Source: an uncultured delta proteobacterium
Lineage (GTDB): Bacteria; Desulfobacterota; Binatia; Binatales; Binataceae
Assembly: GCA_963747845.1 (NCBI GenBank)
Contig: CAVVGR010000009.1
Coordinates: 137,865-201,864, forward strand
Direction: 5' to 3'
Length of the DNA: 64,000 bases
Shown here: one piece after another, positions 33,707-41,547 of the stretch
Layout of the letters: each line of letters starts with the position of its first letter
Position numbering within the stretch: the first letter of the stretch is position 1
The notes under the pieces: generated by a model
The model's input: the letters and a program-made list of their open reading frames with translations, nothing else
Told to the model about the DNA's origin: nothing
Databases searched by the model: none
Program-made: the position numbers and the translations under genes

Positions 33707-33780
33707 CCTAACCCCTAACCCCTTCCCGCGCGGGAAGGGGAACCAGATTTGAGAGGCCCCTCCCACAGCGGGAGGGGGAC
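33707..33780. repeat. Two REP-like GC hairpins between the ferritin-like paralogs
   Basis: CCCCTTCCCGCGCGGGAAGGGG and CCCCTCCCACAGCGGGAGGGG. Confidence 0.65.
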
Positions 33781-33794
33781 GGATCTTAAAAGAC

Positions 33795-34940
33795 CTAGTT
33801 CAGCTTGATGCCTGCGCTCTCGGCTGCAGCGCGTCCCATCTCATACATAAGGTAGAGCTTCGAGCGTTCGCGACGTTCCGGCATCCCGCACTTGTCGAGC
33901 CGCTCGAAATGCTCCTGCATCTGCTTGAGATTGAACTGCGTCGTTACGCGAATGCCCTGCTCGATATTTTCTTTCTTCAGCCCGCCGCCGGCCAGGATAA
34001 TAAACGACTCGGTGAGCTCGGTCGCGGCCGCGCCGGCAAACGAAATGTTTTCGGCCTCGTCGAGATGCGCGTGCAGCACTTCGCGCTTCTCGGGGAAATG
34101 CTCGAGCACGTATTTGAAATGCTGCATGCCGTAGCCGACGTGCCGCGCTTCATCCTGCATCACGAGCCGGAAAATCTTCTTGTCGACGTCGGTCGGTGAC
34201 AGGTACTCGCTGAAGCGGAACAGCGTCAGCACGTTGCCCTCGGCGACCAGGTGCAGCGCCACCGACATTTCGCTGAACGAATCGGCGTCGCGCAGATGCT
34301 TCAGCGCCATCTCGTTGATCGGGCTCGCCTGCATCAGGCCCCAGCCCGTCGTCAGCGCACGCTTGCGGAAGACCTCGGCGTGACGCGCCTCGTCCATCGC
34401 CTGCGCGGCGATAAAGGATCGCACTTCGATAAAATCCGGATTGAGCCGCGGCAGCCACATCGCCGGCGTGTCGGTCGCGATCATTTCCACTTCGGTCAGA
34501 AACGTCATCAACTGCGACAGCGCCTTGCCGGTGACTTCGGGCAGCTCGACGCCGTCGAGGCGGTCCCACGGAATGTCGGTGGTCGCGTTCCACTGCCGCG
34601 ACACCGCTTCCTCGTAGTAGCTCTCGGTGTTGAAGGCCCACAGCTCGCTCTTGCGCGAGACCCACGGCTGCGCATCTGGCACGCCGTCGGGAATCTCGGC
34701 GCCGCGCGGTGCATATGATCGATTGTTGCGAACCTTCTCGGGGATATCGGTGTAGCCGTAGGTCCCGACGTTTAGGTCGCGATAGGTCAGTCCGCGGCGC
34801 GGATTGGCTTCTTCGGGGCTGATTTTCTCAGTCGCCGACTTCATCCACGACAGGTCCATCTCGCCGGTCCTGATCGTGTAGAGCCATTTGTCGATGAAGT
34901 CCTTGTCCTCGGCGAAATCCGTAGTCGATAGGTATGCCAT
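33795..34940 (-). CDS. Ferritin-like diiron-carboxylate protein (putative catalytic alpha subunit)
   Basis: YEEAVSRQWNATTDIPW motif, then E152, DEARH (E184/H187), E234, DEARH (E264/H267); positions counted by hand. Confidence 0.82.
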   Translation of the reverse strand: MAYLSTTDFAEDKDFIDKWLYTIRTGEMDLSWMKSATEKISPEEANPRRGLTYRDLNVGTYGYTDIPEKVRNNRSYAPRGAEIPDGVPDAQPWVSRKSELWAFNTESYYEEAVSRQWNATTDIPWDRLDGVELPEVTGKALSQLMTFLTEVEMIATDTPAMWLPRLNPDFIEVRSFIAAQAMDEARHAEVFRKRALTTGWGLMQASPINEMALKHLRDADSFSEMSVALHLVAEGNVLTLFRFSEYLSPTDVDKKIFRLVMQDEARHVGYGMQHFKYVLEHFPEKREVLHAHLDEAENISFAGAAATELTESFIILAGGGLKKENIEQGIRVTTQFNLKQMQEHFERLDKCGMPERRERSKLYLMYEMGRAAAESAGIKLN

Positions 34941-34960
34941 CGTCGCAGCGCCTCCGCGCC

Positions 34961-35401
34961 TTAGTTGAAACTCACTTCGAGTTTGCTCGACAGGTCGAAA
35001 AATTCCTGGATTGATTCCATGAAGCGGTAAAGTTTGTCGTGGCCGTCGGGATCGTCATAAACAATCTTCAGACGCTCGCCGAAATGCGCGAGCGTGTTGA
35101 TGTCGTGCGAAGAATCCGCCTCGCCGTTGCGCCGGATATTCTCGATCATCTCGCGCCAGACGTTCGAGTCGCCCTCGATTTGAAAATCGACTTTCTTGAG
35201 ATCGATCGCCGGCACTTCGCTGACGTTCTTGAGGTCGAAAACCTCGAACTCGAGCACGAAATTGCGCGCCTTGCCGTTGACGCCGACGCTGACGCCGAAA
35301 GTGGTGTCGATAAACCCGAGCCGCCGGAATTTTTCCTCATTGGCGGCCATCTGCGCCTTGAGCGCCTCGAAATATTCGGTCGAAGGAAAGCTAATCGCCA
35401 T
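34961..35401 (-). CDS. Small SCP2 (sterol carrier)-like protein
   Basis: FPSTEYFEALK N-terminus and DFQIEGDSNVWREMI, a pattern seen in bacterial SCP2-like proteins; fold is inferred. Confidence 0.55.
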   Translation of the reverse strand: MAISFPSTEYFEALKAQMAANEEKFRRLGFIDTTFGVSVGVNGKARNFVLEFEVFDLKNVSEVPAIDLKKVDFQIEGDSNVWREMIENIRRNGEADSSHDINTLAHFGERLKIVYDDPDGHDKLYRFMESIQEFFDLSSKLEVSFN

Positions 35402-35518
35402 AAAATCGATGAACCCCGCCAGTCCCCGGATAAAATTGATCAGTACTGAATGAATTTAGGGTTAAACGACCAAGGAAGGCAAGTGAACCCTGACGCAGGT
35501 TCCCCTTCCCTCGATGGA

Positions 35519-35559
35519 GAAAAAAATTCCGGCGCCGGTATCGAGCCGACGCCGGATTG
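35519..35559 (-). terminator. Rho-independent terminator after the DsbA-like gene
   Basis: Minus strand AATCCGGCGTCGG..CCGGCGCCGGAA followed by a T run. Confidence 0.75.
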
Positions 35560-35582
35560 AAGTACTCGCATCCAGGTAAAAT

Positions 35583-36662
35583 CTACTGGGCTGACGCCTG
35601 CTTGTTGGCGCCGCCCGTTGCCAGTTCGTCGTCGATCAGCTCTTCGAACTTCGGGGTCGGCTGCGCTCCGGTCAGCGGCCGGCCGTCGATGAAGAACGCC
35701 GGGGTGCCGTCCACGCCAACCTTCTCGCCGGCGGCCTGATCGGCTTTGATCTGGCTGTCGTACTTGGTGCTGGCAAAACACGTGTCGAACTCGGTCGTGT
35801 TCAGCCCGAGGGTCTTCGCGGTGGTCTTCAGATCGGCGGGCGCCAGCTTGCTCTGATTGGCAAACAGCGCGTCGCGATAGGGCCAGAACTTACCCTGCTC
35901 GTTGGCGCATCGCGCGGCCTTGGCGGCGTCAAGCGCGTGCGAATGAAACGGCAGCGGGAAGTCCATGTGCACGAGGCGAATCTTGTCGCCGTACTTCGTG
36001 CGCAATTCGTTCAAGGTGCCCTGCGTCCGCTCGCAGAATGGACACTGAAAATCGGTGAACTCGACAATCGTCACGGGCGCATCCTTGGGCCCGAGCGTCG
36101 GATGGCCAGCGCTGTCGACCGCGACGCGTTGCGGCTCGAGCAAAATCTTCACCGGCTGGTCCTTGCGCAGGCGTTGGAGCAGCGCCTGGCGGTTCATCAT
36201 TTCCATGAGCTGCGGTTTGATCGCGGCGAACGGCGCGGTGCCCGAGCCCTTGTTCTGATCGTAGAACTTCTGAGCTTCAGCTTCGGTCACGGCTGATTTT
36301 CCGGTGTACTGTTTCTTGATGTAGTCATCGACGCTCAGGTTGTCGCGCCGGGCGGCCTGCTGAATCAGGTAGTCGTCGGTCATCGACTCCAGCGTCTGGC
36401 GGCGGAGGTCGAAACTCTTGTCGGCGATCAGCTGATCGACGCGCTTTTCAAGCATCGCGCGCATTTGTTCGAGCTGCGGCTTCACCTTCGCGTCGAGGTC
36501 CTTTTCGCTGATCTTGTGATCGCCGACCGTGGCAACGACAGTATTCGGATCGTCGGCCCATGCGCGTGGCGATGCGGCGGCGGTGCATACGAGGGCGGCG
36601 GCGGCTATAGCGGGAACGATACGCCAGGCGGATTGAGGGCGTTTTCGCCCCGGCTGTTTCAT
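35583..36662 (-). CDS. DsbA/thioredoxin-family protein with SurA-like N-terminal domain
   Basis: VEFTDFQCPFC, FPLPFH, GVDGTPAFFIDG; signal peptide. Confidence 0.9.
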   Translation of the reverse strand: MKQPGRKRPQSAWRIVPAIAAAALVCTAAASPRAWADDPNTVVATVGDHKISEKDLDAKVKPQLEQMRAMLEKRVDQLIADKSFDLRRQTLESMTDDYLIQQAARRDNLSVDDYIKKQYTGKSAVTEAEAQKFYDQNKGSGTAPFAAIKPQLMEMMNRQALLQRLRKDQPVKILLEPQRVAVDSAGHPTLGPKDAPVTIVEFTDFQCPFCERTQGTLNELRTKYGDKIRLVHMDFPLPFHSHALDAAKAARCANEQGKFWPYRDALFANQSKLAPADLKTTAKTLGLNTTEFDTCFASTKYDSQIKADQAAGEKVGVDGTPAFFIDGRPLTGAQPTPKFEELIDDELATGGANKQASAQ

Positions 36663-36803
36663 CTTCAGTATCATCGGATAATGTTTCGAACTCCCCTGAG
36701 TGAGAATAACGTCCAACTCTATCATGCGGCAGGGGCGCTGTCGCGATGTTTAAAATGCAGCATTTGCCCGGATCGGCGGGACTCGGCTAACCTGCTCCCT
36801 ACT

Positions 36804-37319
36804 TTGAAACTGAAAATCGCAACGGCAATCGGAATGCTGGCCCTCGTTCTGCTTATCGTTCCCGCCGATGGACGCGCGGCCGGCGATGACGCAAGCAAGC
36901 TGAGCGTGTTCGTCGACTGCCATTGCTCGGATCCGGTCGGCGGCGACTTCTGCTCCGCCGTGAAGGACAGTGTCAGCAACTCGGTCGCGTACAGGCTCGT
37001 CGATCACACCGACGCATACGGCATCGGCGTGCATCTGTGGTGCGTGGACATGTTCACGGGATTGCCGGGCGTCGACAGCAAGCTGACCGGCACGATGTCG
37101 GCCGTGTCGGTCGCGTTCACCATTTACTCCGATCGGTTGCCGGGCGAAGTGTACGAAGACTCTTCGGTGTTTCGCGTCGGTAAGGAAGCAACCGACGAAA
37201 TGTCGCACCGGATCCTGTCCGCTGTCGGCCAGCTCGCAACCGCCAACAAAACAGTCTTCGAGCGCATACGCGAAACCCCCAAGCCGGTCGCAACGCCGAC
37301 TGTGCAAGTGATCCAGTAA
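36804..37319 (+). CDS. Secreted hypothetical protein (4 Cys)
   Basis: Signal peptide; DCHCSDPVGGDFC; codon usage typical of this genome. Confidence 0.65.
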   Translation: MKLKIATAIGMLALVLLIVPADGRAAGDDASKLSVFVDCHCSDPVGGDFCSAVKDSVSNSVAYRLVDHTDAYGIGVHLWCVDMFTGLPGVDSKLTGTMSAVSVAFTIYSDRLPGEVYEDSSVFRVGKEATDEMSHRILSAVGQLATANKTVFERIRETPKPVATPTVQVIQ

Positions 37320-37323
37320 AGCG

Positions 37324-37806
37324 TCAATCCGCGCTGGCGTAGCCGGGTGCTGCTGGCTGTGCCCGGTTCGCGAGACCGGCGGGATGGGCCGCTTGCGCGG
37401 AGCGATGAACCTTCAGGCGAGAAGTAGCTTTAATGCGCGCTCCCGACGCCTGCGATAAATCAGCGATGACCCAATAGTTCCCGACCGGCAGCGCCGTCGT
37501 GTCGATATCCGCCTCGGTGTAGGTGTTGGACGGCGTGTATGAAGCGGACGCGGCCACTTCAGCGTCAGGGTTAAACGCAGGGTCCGAGGTGGTGAGCATA
37601 ATCTGCACCTGGTAGTCGGATACCGGTGTTCCCGCTGCGGGTTCAATCGTAATGCCCATCTCGATCAGTGGATTTGACTGAGTGACGGTAGGGTTGGGTT
37701 CTTGCGGCTCAAGCAGAGCCTCCTGGATATGCGGCCAGATCTGCGCATTCGCAAGTCGCGGAATAGTGAGCACGGCGAGGAGCATGAGAATGCCTACTTT
37801 CTTCAT
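37324..37806 (-). CDS. Secreted hypothetical protein (single Ig/beta-sandwich-like domain)
   Basis: MKKVGILMLLAVLTIPRLANA signal peptide; beta-rich with LPVGNYWV. Confidence 0.6.
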   Translation of the reverse strand: MKKVGILMLLAVLTIPRLANAQIWPHIQEALLEPQEPNPTVTQSNPLIEMGITIEPAAGTPVSDYQVQIMLTTSDPAFNPDAEVAASASYTPSNTYTEADIDTTALPVGNYWVIADLSQASGARIKATSRLKVHRSAQAAHPAGLANRAQPAAPGYASAD

Positions 37807-38296
37807 TTCGTTTACCTTGCGGCATTAAAAACGTGACAGCTAGTGAGCACAACTCGTACCGCCGGTAACTGCGAGTGAACGGCTGACATCGACAGTCAAA
37901 GCTAATCGCGCGCGCGAATCTGATTCGCCCGTGTCTCATCGCGATACACCAAAGCATTGGCGCGGAACGCACAGGATCACGATTGAGGCGAGGCTCAATT
38001 GAATCGCGCCGGAGATAGTCACTTGCGGCACCAATTGTGGCGCAAGTTGCTTCGTGCGGCTTGTTTGGATGGTCGAAGAAAATCAAAGATCAGTGCAAGA
38101 AAACAACACTGTGACTCTGCAAATCCTCTGCAGTCACCATCATCATCCAGTAGCCTTGAGTAGGAGGGAGTTCTGGTTACAAGCCTTTAGTCTACGTCGC
38201 AAGGCTTGTTTAGATAGCCGAAAGTCAGCGCGCGTTAGAAATTACACTCGCCGCTTCAATCATAGGGCACTTCGTCGCGGCTTAACTCGCGGGTAC

Positions 38297-39097
38297 ATGC
38301 CAGTGAACACGGTCGAAAAGGGGTCGGGCGAGGATGCGACAACTCTACGGGTACTCGATGAAATCGGGATGCACGCCGATCGCAGCCAGAAACGGCAACG
38401 GGAGAATGCGGACGAACTTGGCCTGATCCTCTCGGAAGATTACCGCGAACTCGCAACCCTTCCTGCCAGGTCTACCGTACAGTTGCTCGACCGATTGATT
38501 CGCAAACATATCGTGCCGCGGGCCGCGCGCGCCGGAATACCGCTGACTCGCTCCAGTCTTCAGTTTTCGTTTTACGCCTTTCACAAGGATCGGCTGGTGG
38601 TAGTTGGATCTCCATACAGCCACGCCGGACGCTCGATCTGGGGCTTCTCATCTGATCTGCGGACGGAAGCGGGCGGCGATTTCGTGATTTATCTCAACAC
38701 CGCGCATGCCGCCGGCGCCATCGAGGCCACCCTTGCTCACGAAATCGGGCACTACCTCTTTTCCGCGATGCATCTGGGTTACTGCAAAGCACTGAATACG
38801 ATGACGCCGACTTTCGCTGCGCACATGGACGCTGAGAGCGAGATGTTCTGCGATAGCGTGGTGGCGCTGATGGCGTTCGCCGACTTCACCGACGCCTGCA
38901 AAATCGGACTAAACGGCGTGATCGGGATCGACCAGATCCTTCCGCACATCGCCGACCTGCAAAAGGCACTCGCCCCCGAGTACCGCATCGATTTGCTGAG
39001 CACTACGTTCTCGGGCGAGTGGCGTCTCAAGTATCTCTCGTCGCTGGTGCATTACTGGAAGTTGAGGTTCGCGTTGCTCGAAGTCGCGGGCATCTAA
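38297..39097 (+). CDS. HEXXH metalloprotein, ImmA/IrrE-like
   Basis: FVIYLN...ATLAHEIGHY...ESEMFCD pattern. Confidence 0.6.
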   Translation: MPVNTVEKGSGEDATTLRVLDEIGMHADRSQKRQRENADELGLILSEDYRELATLPARSTVQLLDRLIRKHIVPRAARAGIPLTRSSLQFSFYAFHKDRLVVVGSPYSHAGRSIWGFSSDLRTEAGGDFVIYLNTAHAAGAIEATLAHEIGHYLFSAMHLGYCKALNTMTPTFAAHMDAESEMFCDSVVALMAFADFTDACKIGLNGVIGIDQILPHIADLQKALAPEYRIDLLSTTFSGEWRLKYLSSLVHYWKLRFALLEVAGI

Positions 39098-39182
39098 TCG
39101 CCGCGCCCGTTTCGGCGCTCCGCAAGTTGCCGCTACGCGCTCTTCCAAAAGACTGTCCCATTCAAATAACTTTTAGACCCGC

Positions 39183-39263
39183 GCGAGAGTGGCGGAATGG
39201 CAGACGCGCTGGACTTAGGATCCAGTGCCGCAAGGCGTGGGGGTTCAAGTCCCCCCTCTCGCA
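39183..39263 (+). tRNA. tRNA-Leu (TAG)
   Basis: GCGAGAGTGGCGGAATGGCAGACGCGCTGGACTTAGGATCCAG...GGTTCAAGTCCCCCCTCTCGCA; no encoded CCA. Confidence 0.95.
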
Positions 39264-39284
39264 TTGCTTCGACGCGTCCTGCTT

Positions 39285-40457
39285 CTACTGCGTGCTGAAT
39301 ATCAGGAAGCGATTGTTGCCAAAGTCATTGACGATCAGTTGCGTCCCTATCAGCGACAATCCGAACGGGAAGTCGAGCGTTTGCGCGCTTGGCGAAGTGT
39401 TGCCTGCGTTTCTGTCACCATCGGTGAAATCCGCTTGACCCAGCACGATGCTCGCCGTTGGATTGTTTTCGGTCGGGAACGGGCTGTACACCAGTATGCG
39501 GCTGTTACTGGAATCCTCAACATACAAACTCGAGCCGTCCGACGCGACGCCTCCGGGCTGGTTGAGACTCTGCGCGGTTGGCGGTTCCGGGTTGGCGGAT
39601 GAAATAAAATCCGGCTGTCCAACGACCACGTCCGCGGGCACCCCATTCGTAGTCGGAATGGAATTCCAAATCAGGACGCGGCTGTTCGCTTCGTCGGCAA
39701 CCACCAGCCGCGTGCCGTCGCTCCAGATTCCCTCAGGTTCGTGAAGACCGGTCTGACTCGTTTCCGCAGTCTTACTGGTGAAGTCGGGCTGGCCGACTAC
39801 GACATCGGCGTCGGCACCATTGCTGGTGGGAATGCTATTCCAGATCATGATCCGATTGTTGTTGCGGTCTGCGACGAACAGCTGGCCATTTGCCACAAAC
39901 AATCCGATCTCTGGATGGTCCAATCCCGATTGGGTCGTCGTGCCGTCGCTGGAAACAAGGTCGGGTTGGCCCACCGCCAGGTTGGCCGGCGTGTTGGTCT
40001 TGACCGGCAGCTTGTTCCAGATGAGCACGCGGCTATTGCTGAAATCTGTCATCAATAGCTGATTGCCCGCGGTAACCAACGCGCTCGGAAACAGGAACAG
40101 CTTGCTGGTGGTCCCATATTTGGCGTTAGAGAAGTTTTTCTGGCCGAGGACGATCTTGGCGGCGGCGCCATCCTTGGCGGGCACTTTCTTGAATCCCAGC
40201 ACGCGATTGTCTCCGCTGTCGGGGACATAAAGGATGTTCTTACCCAATGCGGCCGCACCTTCCGGACCGCAAATCGTACTTTTGCCTGCTTTGCCGGCGC
40301 CTTCATTACAGGCCGAGCCAGTGAAGTTCTTTTGTCCGATTACGACCGTGGCGTCCGCAAAGTTCGACAGCGCTTCCGGGGCGTCCTGCGAACGTGCCGT
40401 ACCTACGGCCAACACGAAAAGCATACACATAGATATGCGAAGCCAAATCCGCCCCAT
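39285..40457 (-). CDS. Secreted NHL-repeat beta-propeller protein
   Basis: Repeated L.VAD..N.RVLIW...[13 protein letters not shown] units. Confidence 0.88.
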   Translation of the reverse strand: MGRIWLRISMCMLFVLAVGTARSQDAPEALSNFADATVVIGQKNFTGSACNEGAGKAGKSTICGPEGAAALGKNILYVPDSGDNRVLGFKKVPAKDGAAAKIVLGQKNFSNAKYGTTSKLFLFPSALVTAGNQLLMTDFSNSRVLIWNKLPVKTNTPANLAVGQPDLVSSDGTTTQSGLDHPEIGLFVANGQLFVADRNNNRIMIWNSIPTSNGADADVVVGQPDFTSKTAETSQTGLHEPEGIWSDGTRLVVADEANSRVLIWNSIPTTNGVPADVVVGQPDFISSANPEPPTAQSLNQPGGVASDGSSLYVEDSSNSRILVYSPFPTENNPTASIVLGQADFTDGDRNAGNTSPSAQTLDFPFGLSLIGTQLIVNDFGNNRFLIFSTQ

Positions 40458-40573
40458 CGCCTGTCCTCCAGCGCCTTTGCGCGCAGCTGTCCGCCGGAGT
40501 ATGGGGCTGCGCCTGTCACAGTGCAAACGGGATTTGACACGTTTCGCGTCAGTTTTTCGCGTCAACGAACGAT

Positions 40574-40599
40574 GTGGGGGTTCAAGTTCCCCCTCTCGC
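40574..40599 (+). repeat. Direct repeat of the tRNA-Leu 3' end (attR-like)
   Basis: GTGGGGGTTCAAGTTCCCCCTCTCGC vs GTGGGGGTTCAAGTCCCCCCTCTCGC at 39237-39262 (one mismatch). Confidence 0.85.
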
Positions 40600-40630
40600 G
40601 TTGCTGAAATCGGAACGTCGGTGGCAGGCG

Positions 40631-40660
40631 CGGGGCGCTCGCGTGATTGCGAGCGCCCCG
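40631..40660. terminator. GC hairpin downstream of the OmpA-family gene
   Basis: CGGGGCGCTCGC-GTGATT-GCGAGCGCCCCG. Confidence 0.6.
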
Positions 40661-40675
40661 CTCTATGTATGCAGA

Positions 40676-41370
40676 TTATTGTTCGGGCACCAGTTCGACG
40701 CGTCGATTCTGCGCGCGGCCTTCCGCCGTGTCGTTGGTCGCCACGAAGTCGGTCTTGCCGTAGCCGTGCGGACGCAGCCGGGCCGAGTCGACGCCGTCCT
40801 TGACCAGGTAATCGACGACAGCGTCTGCGCGCCGCTCTGACAGCGCCAGGTTGTAGTTCACCTTGCCGATCGAATCGCAGTATCCGTTCACGTCGATATC
40901 AACGCCGGGATTGGCCTTGAGCGTTGACGCAGCTTCGTCCAGCACGGCCGCATCGCCGGGCCGGATGTTCGACTTGTTGAAATTAAAATGCACGCCGCGC
41001 AGCACCAGCTTCTCCTTGACCGGAGGAGGAGGCGGCGGTGGGGCGGGGGCGGAGGAGGCGGCGGTGGAGGTGGAGGAGGCGGCGGCTGAACGATCGGATC
41101 GCAATAGTAATGACCGGCGACTCCGCCGATTATTCCGCCGACGACTGCGCCGGTTACGGCGCCCGCGGTGACCCGCGAGTTATAGCCGCTGTTACCCTCG
41201 GCGGCCTCGCCGATTCCGAAGCCCGCGCCCGCGCCAACAAGCGCGCCGATACCGGCGCCGGCAACGGTGCACCAACCCAGCTCGCGTTGCTGCGCGCATC
41301 CGCTGATCAGCAGCGCGACGCCGGCCAACGCCGGCAACAGAATCGAGGATAATCGCGATCGAATGTTCAT
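40676..41370 (-). CDS. OmpA-family lipoprotein (glycine zipper, polyproline linker, OmpA C-terminal domain), frameshift in the linker
   Basis: ISGC lipobox; VHFNFNKS, NGYCDSIG..YNLALSERRA, RAQNRRVE. Confidence 0.88.
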
Positions 41371-41547
41371 GTCCCCTCCCACCATGCGATCTGTGGCGTC
41401 GCCGAGCGGCTCGCGCGCACGCGCAAGCTCGCCCAACGAACGGCGTCACGCTAGTTCAGGGACATGTCGGAATAATTAGTCAGGGATTAATAGAATATGA
41501 CGCGACGAGGGACCGTATGGCGATTTGTTAACAAGACTGGCCGGCGG

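Noticed and set aside
32584-34940. Calling the ferritin-like pair sMMO, toluene monooxygenase, PaaAC or ribonucleotide reductase R2
   Set aside because: Subunits are shorter than BMM alpha subunits, I see no family-specific motifs, and there is no reductase, coupling protein, paa or nrdA neighbour
39285-40457. Periodic DNA similarity that could suggest a CRISPR or tandem array
   Set aside because: Explained by degenerate NHL protein repeats; no identical repeats with unique spacers and no cas genes
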